DNA from: Raillietiella orientalis
Taxonomy: Eukaryota
Direction: 5' to 3'
NCBI GenBank assembly: GCA_036172245.1
Contig: JAYWIR010000026.1
Coordinates: 1,116,001 to 1,180,000, forward strand
DNA: 64,000 nucleotides
Part shown: one piece after another, positions 50,401 to 64,000 of the stretch
How positions within the stretch are numbered: position 1 is the first letter of the stretch
Layout: every line of letters begins with the position of its first letter
Notes under the pieces: model-generated
The model's database searches: none
What the model saw: only the letters and a program-made list of their open reading frames with translations
Told to the model about the DNA's origin: nothing
Position numbers and translations under genes: made by a program

Positions 50401-53400
50401 TTAACATATTTAAGATTCTAAAAATAAATGTGCATGCCTTTTGCATATTTTTATGCAACCGATTTCATGGTTGTTACATTTTCAAATGAAATTATTACCA
50501 CTATTGTGATTCATAGGTGGATATACAAATGTTTCTTGCCATACGTATACACTTTTATAATGAGTGATTCACATTGAGAAACATTATTCACACTGTATTA
50601 AAGATCATAAAAGGTAGCGAAAATGAATATGTGTTTCTGCATATAACAAGGATACGTGATGAGAATATGCGATTATGGAATGCGTGTCCTTCTCCAGTGA
50701 TGGAACTTCCGGAAGTGGAATCCATTACTTCTAGAGGAGAATTCACCGAGTGCTCGAAATGGTAAGAAAAGGAAACACCGACCTTTCTTCTTTGCCTCTT
50801 TGAGTTTCCTCTTTTTTGCATTCCCTTCTATTTGCAACTGCCGCCATTACTTTACTTTCGTACAATCCCATATGTAAGTTCTCATTTCATAAACATCACC
50901 ACAGATGTAGTTGCATGTTCATACGTATACTCAACACATGTGCTTATGTTTCAGAATCTTTCTTACATATGTTTAAAATACATTAATGCAAATCATTATT
51001 CATTATATCGAAATTATGCATGTCGACAGGAAAGTGCGCTAAAGAGATTTTGAATTTTCACGGATACATCAATGCTTCCATTGATATACATGAGAAGCAC
51101 ACATTCTTTTTTATAGTCTTTGCAGCATACGATAATGCATATACCAAACTATATACGAGTGCATGCATATTGCTACATGCAAGAAACTCGTGTCATCATT
51201 TTCGAGCTCCTGCAGGATTTCCATCCTTGGAGATTTCGCTGTTTGGGATTTGAACAAGAATCTGTTGGAGGACCCTTCTTGACCGTGGTATGGGTGCTCA
51301 CCCTGCAAAAAGTAGGGGCTGAAGACGACTCACGAGCTTTGTGCTGTGAACGGTGCACGCAGTGTCGGCACTCGTGGGATCCGAGAACAAGACACGGTTC
51401 GACCACGGTTTTCAATGCTAGCCACGTCCACCCGCGAGCAGATGGCGTTTGTGCGCATGTGCGAGCACGTTTGGTCGGCACGGGGAGCCGGTTCGGGTGA
51501 TCGAATCAGATTCCCTTCTGCATCTTGTCTTTCTGTAGCCGAGGAGGAACTACTGCTCCAGGGTACACGCCACGGTTACCAATTTGGATCTTCGTTCCGG
51601 AGAAAAGCTTTCAGTTGGGAGAAATGGACAGAATCTTCCACCCATGAATATTTTCACAATAGTGGGCCCGTCCACTTCGAGGTTCAGCGTGACCTCAAAC
51701 AGGAATCGAGCACTCGACCTTTTCTACTACACCGATAGCAATGCACGAGGAGTGGCTGGTGGATTCACTGTGTTGCATTACTGTTCCATCTACTGAAGCT
51801 CTCAATGCTGAGCCCACGCGTTCAGAGCTGGAAACCACAGTTAGGAATTTGTTGGTGTTGCATCTTCGGTGCTGATAATTGTAGCACTGGCGCATTACTT
51901 GTGAGTCCTTTGATTTTCCTGCTTTATAAATAAAAGGAAAGGAAGTTTCGTCTTATTCGATGCTACCCCTTCTCCCTTGGAGCAGTTGGCATTCTTTTCG
52001 ATCGTTCTATTGCTGTGATTCACAGCCCAGCATCCTTGGAACGCCACCACTCGACCCTGCAATTCTCCTTGCGACGATTAAAGGGGTAGGCAACCGGGCA
52101 AAGCACTATCTTTTCTACAAAATGCCCGGTCTTCTATTCGCGCTTTGAACGCTTGCAGTGGCATCTAGCTCCATCGCGGTGCCCACGAAGGAGCACCCTA
52201 CTAGGATACTCTGAATGTCGGCTCCGTGTTGTCATTCCAGATTCTCCCACGCTTCTGACTGCTATCGATCCACTGAGCTTTCTGCTAGAATATCTTAACA
52301 GGGTAATGTTCGATAAATTGTTGATTGGCAGCCGGGAATCGATTCCACTGCACTTTTCTGGGGGGAGGCATTTGTAAAGCAACGCTGACCTGTCCTTACC
52401 CTTCGACTACCTTTACCATAGCTGAATTCGGTTGCCATGTCACCAAACGCAGAACTCTAATGATGGACGATCCTGGTGTCTCGGAAATGCCACCGGCGCA
52501 AAAGTGCAATACTCAATATTCTGTAAGGCCCAACGAATCCATATGGATGGTGCAAACTCTCATCAATTCTTTGGGATCCGACGGGTAAAAGCAGGAATCA
52601 CTGGAGAACATCATACGAAAGACGGAAAGGATTTCTTCCGAATTCCGACAGATCAAAGTTCCTAATGACGAAATGTCGAAAGATCATTGAAAAGAAATAT
52701 GCGTTTCCATTTTAAATGAAAATATGTATTTATACATAGATTGACAGAGATCATCAAGGTGCTCATATATATGATTATTGTGTTCATTAATATGTTTGTA
52801 TATCAAGCTTTTCGTTCCCAACGGTGGTCGCAGGCAGCATTCACACAACGATCCGTATCGCCGAACGCCGCCTATTGACGGCATCCATGCAACGTTCCAT
52901 CCCTACCAGACACCGGCTATCATCGGCATCCACGCAACGTTCCGTCGCTGCTAACGAGTGTTCCGATGGAAGTCTGTAATTTTACTTAGGCAGGTAATCA
53001 TTGAAGCGATTCTTCCCTTCGCGTGGGAATGAATCTGGTGTGAAATCATTCATTCATTGCGACTATAAATGGTTCCTGTTATGAACTGTCTTATTGATTC
53101 GTGCTCTCGTGGCAGCAGAGGTACCGAATACGAGTATCTCAGAATATATTGTAAAGTTTGACCCTGTCACCATTATGTCGGTACTGATGGAGTAAAGCAC
53201 GCGACACAACCACCCCGAAAAACCACACTAGCGCAGCTGTTGCTTCAGCGTGAATTTGTACCGTACGGTGCACGTTTCATGCGCATACAACCCTCGCAAA
53301 CCTGACCGCTTGGAATAGGTCGGATAAGTTGCTACAGCCCTCTATAGCTTCCATAGATGCCTCACAACGCCGCCACACGGTGCAGGCCCTTGCAGCGGTT

Positions 53401-56400
53401 ACCTCATCGCGCGAGATGACTCCCATGAGTGCACTCGTGGCCGCCGGCTGATTGTCAAAGGGGCATGCAATCTTGGACGCGAGCGATCCTTTCAGATGCA
53501 CACCTGGAGGCTGGAGGCATCCCAGAGTCATCTCTCGGGCGGAATCGAAGCCCATAGCGCATCCAAGTCGGCGTGGATTCGCCACTTGTGCGGCACAGGG
53601 AAAGAAAAATACCTCGCGCAGCACGTGATAGTCATTTATTAAGAAGCAAACATGAGAAAGCATTTTTTTCTTGTTTTTACAACACTCCATCTTCAGGATG
53701 GATGCTTAGGATAAATCGCTGCATTGTATTCACGATGTTGGAGCAACAGGAAACAATTTTTGATTTCGGGTACTTCTCAACATTGGGACCGGAAGCTGTC
53801 GAAGCTAAGATGAAAAAAAAAGAGTTTCGAAAGAAGATTTCTTCAGTTGACCAGTATGAGGAGCACTGCTGCGAAGATCCTACATGTACACCTGTGAATG
53901 CAGAATGAAATGGTCAGTTTGAATATGCCCTGTGGACGTGAATACGAAGTCTTCCAAATCTACAAGAGAGATACATGTGGCAGTGAACCTGAAGCATGTG
54001 TTCCGAAGTAGCAGCGCGTCAGTTCGGAGATGTGTCCTTATTAAGGTCGTTTTCGAGCAACGAAGACGCCTTTTTCTTGCTGGGGTGGGGAGAGGCAGTG
54101 AAGGTTGGCACATTTGGGGTCCACCATTTTGGCTTCCGGGAAAACGCGAACGGTGGAAGCAGACAGGATTTCCTACTATAAGTTCTCCTGAAGAGGCCAC
54201 ATCGAATTCACTACTCGTTAGGAATTTTGAAGGTAGGAGAAGACGTTAGCAAACTGCAGGATTCCTCTACAGGGACAGAATGGGAAACTCTGAAGTGCGC
54301 AGATAACTCAAATCTTCCGAAAAATGTCAGAGGATTCGCAGGAGAAGATCGCCCGCAGGAATCATAGAGGGATGAAAAAATCTCTCATGGGGAGGATGCA
54401 TGCGAAAGTGGACCAACCACGGCGGAGATTCCTGCAGTACTTGCAGCGTACGAGGGCAAGAAGCTTGCTTAAGCGGACTTTTGAGACACAAGGGTCCAAG
54501 ATCATCCGTGGAAAGTCCAGGTGGGGTAGACGCGCACGCTTAAAAATGCCGCCTGCAGCGTCTGCGCTACTGAAGTTCGAGCGACATCCCTTCTCATGAA
54601 AGATGCCCAAAGGGAAGGTTCTCCGATGGACAGATTCTGGGTGCTTTCCATTCAACAGACGCCAACGAGGCGCGGTTTTCAGAGCAGATTTTGGCAATAG
54701 CTGAAAGGCATCCTTCAATTCCAGAAAGGATATAATACTTTCCGTGTCCTAAAGGTGGCATTTAGTAGCCCCTGAAGAAATGTTGAAGAGGCGCTGAAGC
54801 GGAGAGGTACTGCGGAGCTTTCCGTTCAAACCGAAGCACTGAAGGCGCTTCTAAACGGCAGTTCCATTGGCTGCGAGGAAAAGAGCAAAAGGTTCGCCGC
54901 TTGAGTATTGCACGAACTGATCAAAGTGTGGTTACTGCAATGTCTGCTGACCCACAGATCAAGTTTCCATGCTCCTAGTCACCAACGGCTGCAGTGCTCC
55001 TAGCAATCAGTGGGTCGGTAGTAACGCCGTGCAAGTTCACCTCGAGACGAGCACAAAAACAGCAAATCTGAATGAAGCGTTTGTCCGGCCGAACATTCTT
55101 TGATGAAACGATGATGAAGACTGAACTCAGCAATCTGATTCGCCTCCCCGGTCACGAACGAAACCCCGAACGGCCCAAATCTCGAGTGTCGAAATCTCGG
55201 ATGATCACAAAAAATAAGCATTACGTGTATTCTATGGTTCGCTGTGTGTAATTAAGATTACGAAAACAATGTGAGTGCTCCTATATCTATATTTATGTAC
55301 AGTTGAAGCCAGGGATTCATTTCAACATGCATTTCACTATTATTTATTTACATGGTTTATTAGTTGTTCATATAGATCGTTAGTTCATAACATAGGTGAT
55401 AAAAAATAAGCAGATTTGCTTATTTTTTCATACGCAGTCAAAAGAAATTGAATGGAACATACTGGAAATGTGCCTTCCTCCCACTCCCACTCTTATTTTG
55501 TCTCTTTCACTATACTTCCAGATGAGATATGGATGCATCCGATGAGAACCCTCAACCGCTCTTGCATCACCGACTCCGTCTTTCAGCATCCGAAGCTCTC
55601 TTTGCAGCTCAAGTGGTGCCAGAAATCCCCGTGCCAGTTATGGAGTGTAGCCAACAGACCTTTGAAATCCACGTGGATATTTCGTAGCTCTTTTTTCTGC
55701 AATGTAGAAAAGCACCCATAGCCGATTGGCCAACCATTCAATGACTACTTGATGACTGCTGCTCCGATTTCACATCACGCCATTCGGTATTCTGGCCGCA
55801 ATACAGCGCTGCGTCTTTAGAAATTCGTTACTGATGATGAATTCAAAAGGCGAGTTAAAGGATCGAAAAGTACCAATATCACTATATTTGTACTTTGAGG
55901 ATGCTGAAAGAGAAGGAGAAGGCGAACAGTATAGTTTTCGTTGTACTTTTTCGGCGTGCACAGTCACAGTCACACTTAATGTGCGCTCCGCGTTCTTCAC
56001 AGTAGGATTCGGATGCAGTCCTTTGGGAAACCCACCTTTGCTTCCATCCCTGCTGCGCAACCAGAACTGACAACAAGATGAACGATGATGATTTCACACA
56101 AAGTGAAGTTCCTCAGCATCACGCATGGGTTGTTTGAACTGATGGGCGATGCGGTCTTTACCAACAGCACGCATGCACTTTGAAATCCACAGGAGTGAAG
56201 AAAATGTATTTTTTCTAAGAAGCATCCCACGTCGTGAGCAAATTACTATTTCCGGTACAGCCATCGTGGTGAATGCAAGCAGACTGAATTTTTCGAGGTG
56301 TTCGCGTTCCTTCGCACATCCTCAAACTCCAAGGATTCTATGCAACGCTCTATGAGAACCCATTTCCAATGGCACCTCTTCGTTTGTGCATCCAGGAAAT

Positions 56401-59400
56401 TGCAAATTCCTTTCGCATTCTGGGAAAGGAGCTTTGGAATCGTAGGGAGGTTGTTTCCGATTGCAGGATGCTATTTGGAAATTTTGCTCCTCCTGCCTTC
56501 ACAAATAAACTGACGAGTTATGCACGTTGCTATGTACATCCAATGAAAGATTAGTGACGTCAATCGGCATCAGTCAGGTACAAAGGTTTTTCATTGAGTA
56601 CCACGTTGCAATGCAATCGTTTTTCGCTACTATCAGGAATACACTTACACTCTTTGGATGTTAATTCTTTGCCCGGAGCAATATTCCATGTGGTAAAAAT
56701 CCATTCAGCATGATAAAATAGATGGTGAAGGATGGAAGGTGGACTGAGTGCGCAGTTCGCTCGCGATTTGAAATTCAGATACGAAAATGCATCTTCAAAG
56801 ATACGTCACGTCTCCACCTGCAGCCCGTGGTTACGTAGCACCTATCGACATATTGGATACCTACTATGTGCCGTCGTGAAGTACCTCAAACTGTTCCTTG
56901 CGAAATATGGCATGCAAAAAAAAGAAAATTTATCGCACGTTAAGAAGAGGATGCCGATCATGGGTAACGCGCAGATTGAGCCGTATACTATGTACAGCCA
57001 TCGAGCTGTCCGCAGCGTGTACTCCGATATAGAAGCTGCATCTTCGTGTCCGATAACAGGGTGGTCTCCTGGATTCTGGCAGACATACCAAGCTTTTCCA
57101 TGCAGTCGAAAACAGCATACGTTTGAACACAAAAACAAATCAAAACAGAAGGAGACCAACGTTTTCAACAACCAGCTGCACGCTAATCTATTTTTGTATT
57201 GTGCATGCATACAGAAGATGCACAACATTCTGTGTTTGCGTACAACGAGGTGGCCAGCTTGTCTGATCAATAGAAGCCTTTCCCCGGTCTTCTTCCTAGA
57301 ATTCCAGTATTGCTGTCACCAATTGGCTTTTGGGCTGGTCAGCGTAAGTCTCTTCTCATGGGGGTCACTGCAACCAGCAAATGCTTTCTTAGATAAAGGC
57401 TACCGCCGCAATCCTCTTGTAGCGTGCGGACGTCAAGTCCTTTCATTTTCCCTTTTGTAGAACCACTTTGTTTCCCTCTGTACACCTGGGATCTGGATGT
57501 GTTCTGTTTCCTGGTTTCAGTCGTCCCAGCGGTCATTGATTTTTGGATGCAACTCTCGTTGTACGGAACAGCTTCGATCGCGCCTAAATTTAACTGTGGG
57601 TTTTTTTCATTTTCGTTCTTTTGGTTCCTTAGATGGCTGAGAGTCTGCCAGAATGGGAAAACCGTGCAAAAGCACGATCCGTGTGTTGTAGCAAACTTTC
57701 TGTTTTCGGTACGCAACACAAGAAGTATCTGGAAATGGTCTTATATAGGAAGGACTGAGGGTCTGATCTAAAGACAGATGAAACTGCGCTGTCCTTCCTC
57801 CAGAGAATTCATGAAAAACCATTTCATTTACTGTCCTTTTGAGGTCAGCTCAATGCATGGATTTCACCTTAGGATGATTCTTTCACCTGCGCGTAGTAAA
57901 AGATGCTCAAATGGCTTGCTGATCAAATTTTTTACATTCAGCTGAGAGGTAAGTAAGAGCAGAGTCAGTGTTGGTCTTGAAAAGCATCGATCTGTTGTAC
58001 TTGTCTCTCATCGTTGGTCATCTTTACTTGAGCTATGAAGATTCCTCCCGCGGCTAGTCTTGCAAGTAGTCTGCTTCTTCGTCTCCATGTCTCAAGCACA
58101 CAAATTGCAAATGTCTGCATGTAATCCCACAGGAAGGCTGCCAGTGCCAGCACGTAGTAGAAGATGTCTTCCGAATCTGCTTTTCCTCCTTTCAATTTTC
58201 CATCCTTTTACAGCCACAGTCACTGAAATTGATTTATGTTTGTCATACAACAAATGGAATCACATTCTTGTTGATGATGCTGAATGCTACTTTTCCTACC
58301 AACAGGAAGACTTCTTGAGGGCAAGTAGGTCTTTCCATTTTGATGCACAACTGAAAATCAACCACTGGAGAGGTGGTGCATAGGCTTTTTAGGTTAAATC
58401 ACCTGGAAACACCTCAGGCCGAATCCACGGTGGAAACAGTTCTCCTTCTCTATTGAAGGAGACGCGGCCTTCAAAGTAAAGAACTCATCTCTGAATTTCT
58501 GCATGAAAGTGATCTTAGCAGCTCCTCCTGCCACATGAGAAACGCACAGTTACATGCGTCCTAGCATTTCCTGTTTCTCCACCGTGGTTTCCTTTGCAAC
58601 CAGCGTAGGAACCCTGTTTCCGGGGCGTTTGCACCCTCTAACTGCCTAAGGCGAGGGGAAGATTGGAATCGTTCCCGCGTCTTCTGTTGGGCTTGTACGG
58701 TGCCTTCAGGAAGTTTGGCGTAGACCGTCACCCCTGCGTACCGAGGGCACCGCCAAAATATTTCTGAAACGATTCTCCGCGAGCTGCGGTGTCGAGACAT
58801 TCGCCTTGATTGCGAGGTCATTCGGCGACTGCGGGCTCTTCTGTTGTCGTATTTTGTGTATCCTGCAGCGCACGCCGCTACGGACACGGGGACGAGTGAA
58901 TCCCGCCTGCCTCAGGAGTGGGAAGCGGGAACCGCTCCACCACCTCGCTGTTGAGTGTGCTGCCCTCTGATCCTCCTATGAGAGTCTCAGTACCTCCGTA
59001 CGTATCCAGGTGGTAAGCCAGCCCAGAGACGTATTTCGGCTTCTGTTCGAGCCAAATGCCCTGCGAGCAACAGCAGCCCCGGCAGCCCTCTGCTGTAACC
59101 GAGCGATTGTGACGTGCTGGAGCGAAGTATGAAGACCGAACCACGAGAGGGATGCCGTGGAACTTGCATGCCGCTACCTGTTGCTTGCGAACAGACGGTC
59201 CCACGTTGGAATTATGCGGATGGACCTCGGGGGCATCCTGAAACGGATGGACAGTCTTCTCAAGGGATATTCATCCTTTCCCCAACTTCCTAAGTCGCTT
59301 CTTTTTTTTTTCTCGCTTTTATTTTTCTTTTTGTTGTTCCCCAAGCCCCTTCCGCGCCGGTCTGCGTACCGGCGACCCGGCAGGGACCGTTGTGTTGGCT

Positions 59401-60880
59401 GTAGTGGGACCTAGTGCCACAAATTATGGTGACTTTATAATAAAAGCCCAGGCGTGACCGTTGGGCAACGAACAACTCTTGTTCGTCCGTGTACACAATC
59501 GACATCGGACGCCATTTTCCTAATTTACGGAGGTCTCCCCCCTTGGTAACGAACCTCCAGCTGGCTGACCGAAGCGAGGCGGGAAGATCGCCCTCGTCTC
59601 GGATTAGCCGTGTCAAATCGAGTACCGAGGGTGTCAGTTCTGCGCGAAGCATTGGAAAAACTCCGCGGGCCGGCTCTGCTCCTCTCGCGCCTTACGCCTC
59701 TTGCGCCAACTGATACCGGCAAGAATTTCGCCGGTCGTGAAAGGCTCGTCGAGGCTTTCCTTCCCCTCCTCCCCTATCGGCAAGTCTTCATTCGAGAGCA
59801 AACCCCGCGAGGCGTGTCGTTCCGAGGGCGCTTTGGCGTAAAGGGAGGAAACCAGGTTTCGGCGAAGGATCGACCGATGCCAAAAACGGAGGGTGCGGCG
59901 TAGGTTTCGAATCCTCCCGCAAGATGCATCTAATTAGCCATTTTTTTTTTCCACCCGAGTGTGCCACCGAATTCATTCAAAAGAATGTAACCATTTTCAA
60001 TCACAACTTTTTCTTGTTGGACCATTGTTCTGATTGCGTCATTTCTGTACTTCTAACATGCCGTGTTACCGGTTGGCAGACAAGTCTGCACTGCCATGAC
60101 AACAGAAGGGAAGGATCGAGCAAAATGAAACGGAGACAAAACAATAAGAAAACAATTTGGGCGGGGAGGATGCGGGAAGGAATCACAGTCTGCTGGGAGC
60201 CGTCCTTAATGCATCCTTTGATGGATGCCCGCAAGTTCTTCCTATATATCAATGTACAGGTGGGGTCACCTGATCGGTATCCGCAAGCAGCGAAAAGCGG
60301 AGTGGATGGCGTCCATGTCGTTGGCTCCTCCGCTGACTTCGCTTCACGAAACCGTGATACCACGAATTCAGGAGGCTCCTCCAAGGACTGAGTCTGGCTT
60401 CAGGACGTCGCGCATAAAGGGTAGCCCTATAACGTCTCCGGCGTTGTCCACGTGAATTTCAAGGGTCGCCATAAAGCGACCCCAATGGATCCAGAGGGAA
60501 ACACAGTCCACTAGGAGGCGGGAGAGGGATTGCGGTCCAAGCAATCTCCACAGCGTGGTTCCACACACTACCGTGTTCAAGGATGAAGACGAGTGTTGCA
60601 CAAGAGACTCCAGTGGAACAGCATCAATGCCGACTCCTGCTTCTTAGAGGAAAGGTTGCGTGTCTTTATGAGCAACGTAGGCAACAGCAGTCCTCCTTTT
60701 GGAATGCCCAGCAGCAAGCTCCAGCTCAGTATTCCGCGAAATCGACAAAGCGGGATCGCAGCAGCGGGGAGCTGGACTACTAGCCCCGTAGTTCCCTCTT
60801 TCCTGAGATTTCCACAGTAAGTACGCATTCTCTCCGGCGGATGCCGCCAGTGTGTTCTTCAAGGGAGGGAACCGCGGAGG
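44443..60880. repeat. ~16.4-kb tandem segmental duplication, copy 2
   Basis: Colinear with copy 1 over its whole length. Confidence 0.97.
48861..51796 (+). CDS. CUB-like domain gene, copy 2
   Basis: Same splice sites: exons 48861-49268, 49321-49430, 49551-, terminal exon 51539-51796. These frames are open. A 1-nt indel near 49790 is either intronic or a frameshift. Confidence 0.72.
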
Positions 60881-63800
60881 CGAGGAAGGGTTAGCCAGCG
60901 TGCAGTCACGTTCGTTACGAAACCTGTTCCACACGTGGCTTCTGGATCCTCGCCTAAATGCAAACAGTTTTCTCCAACAGGGCGCAACCGTTTGCGTGGC
61001 GCCAAGAAATTCATCCTTTTTCTCACTGCCATTCTGACCAACTGACGCAGCTGCAGTCCACGATGGATGACATTGCGTGAGCGTTGCTTAAGGAAAGATG
61101 TACCACGCTGCCGAAGACTTCCTGTACGTGCAGGTTAGCACCATATTCAGCCCCCAATCTTTTCCAACAGGGCGAGTGCCCTCCACTGGAGCCGGAGCTC
61201 CATTCGCTCCATCGTCAGCAGAAATGGTTGCCGCTTTGGCACCCAGCCCACACGTCCTTCAGGCGGACTGGGCACTCCCTTTGCACCAAAGGGTGTTCCG
61301 GAAACCGGATGCCTTCGTTGACAAGTCTGGACTGAAAACTGTCCCTACGGGGTACTTCCATGAAACGAGAAGTACTTCGGTGTTGTTACACTTTAAATGC
61401 AAGAAGGGAGGCATTCCATCCACTTGCCCAATCGCAGGGACATGACATTTTATAATGCTGTGCACCAATACCTCCCCACAGTGTGAAGAGGCGCGCTGCT
61501 CTTTTCGGCAGCGAGCCTTCCAAAGACCAAGGGAAGCGTCCTTCCGGGGTTCTTATTAGGAGGAACAACAAGGTGCACTTCCCTTCTGGGCGCTCTTCGC
61601 AGTGGAAATGAACTGTGACACCATCCTGATGATCCCTATATAGAAAGCGAGGAATAGGTTTCCCTATCAAGCGTTAGGGGTGTTGAATTCTGCCTCGCAA
61701 GCCTTCCTGTATTCATAGGTTGCGCCCCCAAGGGTTGCCCCTTGTAACTTAAGGAGTCCCAGAATAATTCTATACCTGATTTAACACATACATTTTGTAT
61801 CAACTCTGGAAAGTGAATTAAAATCTACTTGTACTTATATTACATCGCAAATGTTTTTTATGACAGTCATTCAATATATAATATAGTGACCCCAAATGGA
61901 AATTATTCAAATTCATTCAGAGAACATAGTCAAAAGAAATAGTAAATGTTGAATAATATAACTTGTCAGTATTACAAAATTTAGATTTTTAAGCAATGCT
62001 AGTTAGCAGAAAGTTTCGCTGGGTTATAATAATTGTTTCTGTAAGGAGATGGTAGTGGAGATTGTAAGAATTCAGTGTCATTTTAATGAGCGAAAAGAAG
62101 ATCTGAGTGGAACATGGTATAAAGGGAATCTTTAAAATTATGGATTCGTTTAGGGAATAAGTTTGCTGGTCGTATGATTTATCTGAGTATTGGAAGATGT
62201 CTTCAAGTAAGTAAATACTTTATTGTCTACAAGTTGATTTGATATTATTTGGTGTCTGATAGGCAGCATCCGGTGGCGCGGATGGTGACACCGAGCTAGG
62301 CGACCTCAACGAACGAAAGCGAACGGTTTTACAGCATTCGTCGTACGCATACCCCCCCACCCCCAAGAATAGGCACAACTAGGGGGCAAACCCCCCGAGG
62401 ATTAACGTCTTAGACTCCTTTCCCACCGTAAGAATTCCCGCGTTTTTCGGGAAGGGGGATCGTGCCCGAGCTGTGGAATTTCTCCACGGATCAGTGCAGC
62501 AGATGGAACAGCGAATGGAGTGAATGCGTTTGGATGCTGGGTTACTACGCATTGATGGAACGAACGAGCAAAAGTCTTGACGCAGCTCTAAGAATTCTCA
62601 GTAGAAAAAAACACGACGCGGTAGAGAGCAATGGGAAGAGTATGAAAAGACAAACGTTTATCAAGAGAAATAGCCGGGACGCACACCACCAGGCGCAAGT
62701 GCGACATCTTGATTGCTTCTGGAAGAGAGCTCCCAAACGTCGATTACAAAGCACGGATCAGGAGTGCCGATGTGGGTCGGAAGATCACCACGCAACCAGG
62801 GCAGCACCATGGGCGACAGATGATGGGTGTGCCATTTGTAGTGAGAACTCCCTGCATTTTCCGACAGGAGGGAAATCGGGTACCCAGTTCTTACATTTAG
62901 AATTCCTAAGGTGTTCCTAGAGACAGCTGCACATCTTTAGATGCTGCGTCAAAGGACCTCTGCGGAGGCGTATGATTAACGCGACGCAGACTCTCTGAAA
63001 GACTTCGTCCTAATGCATACATCGCGAAGATGAGATCGCCGACTGTGTTTCTCAAGTGATTTTCCAGATCTTTTATTCCCTGAGCAGCTGAGTGTCTGCT
63101 TCCAATCTCTTTGTTTTCTTGGAAGTTCATTATTCCTGTGCAGGCAACTCGAGACAGTGGTGTGCAAATTTACGTCGTCATGCTCCGTTCCGTGGGAAAA
63201 TGGCGTTTCCTTGCAGTGTACTTCTTGCTGGTATCTGCATTTTATTTTGTCTTTCTCTTCATTTTCTTGTTGCATTTGTACAAATTTGCCTCAAGAAAGC
63301 GACCCACTTACCAATCGCTACCGTTGAATGAGTGTTTCGGCAAGGCAGCGTACAGTTCCATCTCACCGATGCAGGATCCTTGCGATGGAAACGCTACTCA
63401 GTAAGAGGGGAGTTATAGGTTTTGTCATTTCGTACACTCTACTGATTAATGAACCACCATCCGCCATGTTCTGTCCAACCGACTTCAATCCCATGGCATT
63501 CATTGAAATGTCGCTGAAGAGTTTTGCAGACTTCGCGTTCGAGAAGAGGCTGGAGGCTTTCTCGCTTCCGATGTTCATCGTTCCAGTCTAAGGACTCCAA
63601 TTTCTATCAAGTGGTTCAAGTCCATGAACGCCAGAAGAAGAGTACGATAGTAATTTGAAACCGTACTCGCGACTTTCACACAAACTGCAGGGATTTCAAC
63701 ATGCGTTTCGCAGCATCAGAATTGCAAGATGCTTTCCTCACGTTTATGGATCACAGCGGGAAAAACTTCCTTGCTGCCAGCCTCTGCTGTGACTTCAGAG

Positions 63801-64000
63801 TAGTCCAAGAGGAACAGAGGGAGAACGAGAAAATCGCTTTTTCCCTGCACGCTTGTTGATGGGCCGTCGAAAGCACTCGCCGTTGGGTTTGGATAAGACG
63901 GCGGCATAGGCGAAGAGATCGACGGAAAAAAGCGCCGTCTGCTGCTTGCCACGAAAAGAGATGCCTAGGCAACATGCAGGCTTCCTCTGGTTCCTTTCGT
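60881..64000. repeat. ~16.4-kb tandem segmental duplication, copy 3 (runs off the window)
   Basis: Colinear with 44443-47600. A ~40-bp deletion near 60897 gives an offset of ~16399. Confidence 0.95.

Noticed and set aside
56732..57460. 242-aa ORF as a functional gene
   Set aside because: The same frame has stops in copy 1 (~40337 and ~40463) and no recognisable intact domain.
187..63975. Most short six-frame ORFs as genes
   Set aside because: They overlap on both strands, lack domains, and are explained as shadows of decayed TE frames.

Overview
Eukaryotic (metazoan-looking, short GT-AG introns), repeat-dense DNA; nothing prokaryotic and no CRISPR. (1) 1-17 kb is a graveyard of decayed L1/Tx1-type non-LTR retrotransposon pieces on both strands plus a probable hAT transposase relic. 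(2) 17-28 kb holds a restriction-like-endonuclease (RLE; NeSL/Utopia/R2-type) retroelement whose 3' part is present twice as ~2.2-kb near-identical inverted arms (19719-21915 / 25799-27995). The 3.9-kb spacer contains a TXNDC11-like host exon and an internally deleted L1/Tx1 element. (3) From ~27971 to the window end there is a head-to-tail ~16.4-kb segmental duplication (2 full copies plus the start of a third). Each full unit carries a spliced gene for a probably secreted protein with divergent CUB-like domains, and more TE relics. The units are mosaics of each other, and the inverted arm joins the array through a 25-bp crossover window. All family calls come from motif recognition by eye; no searches were run.
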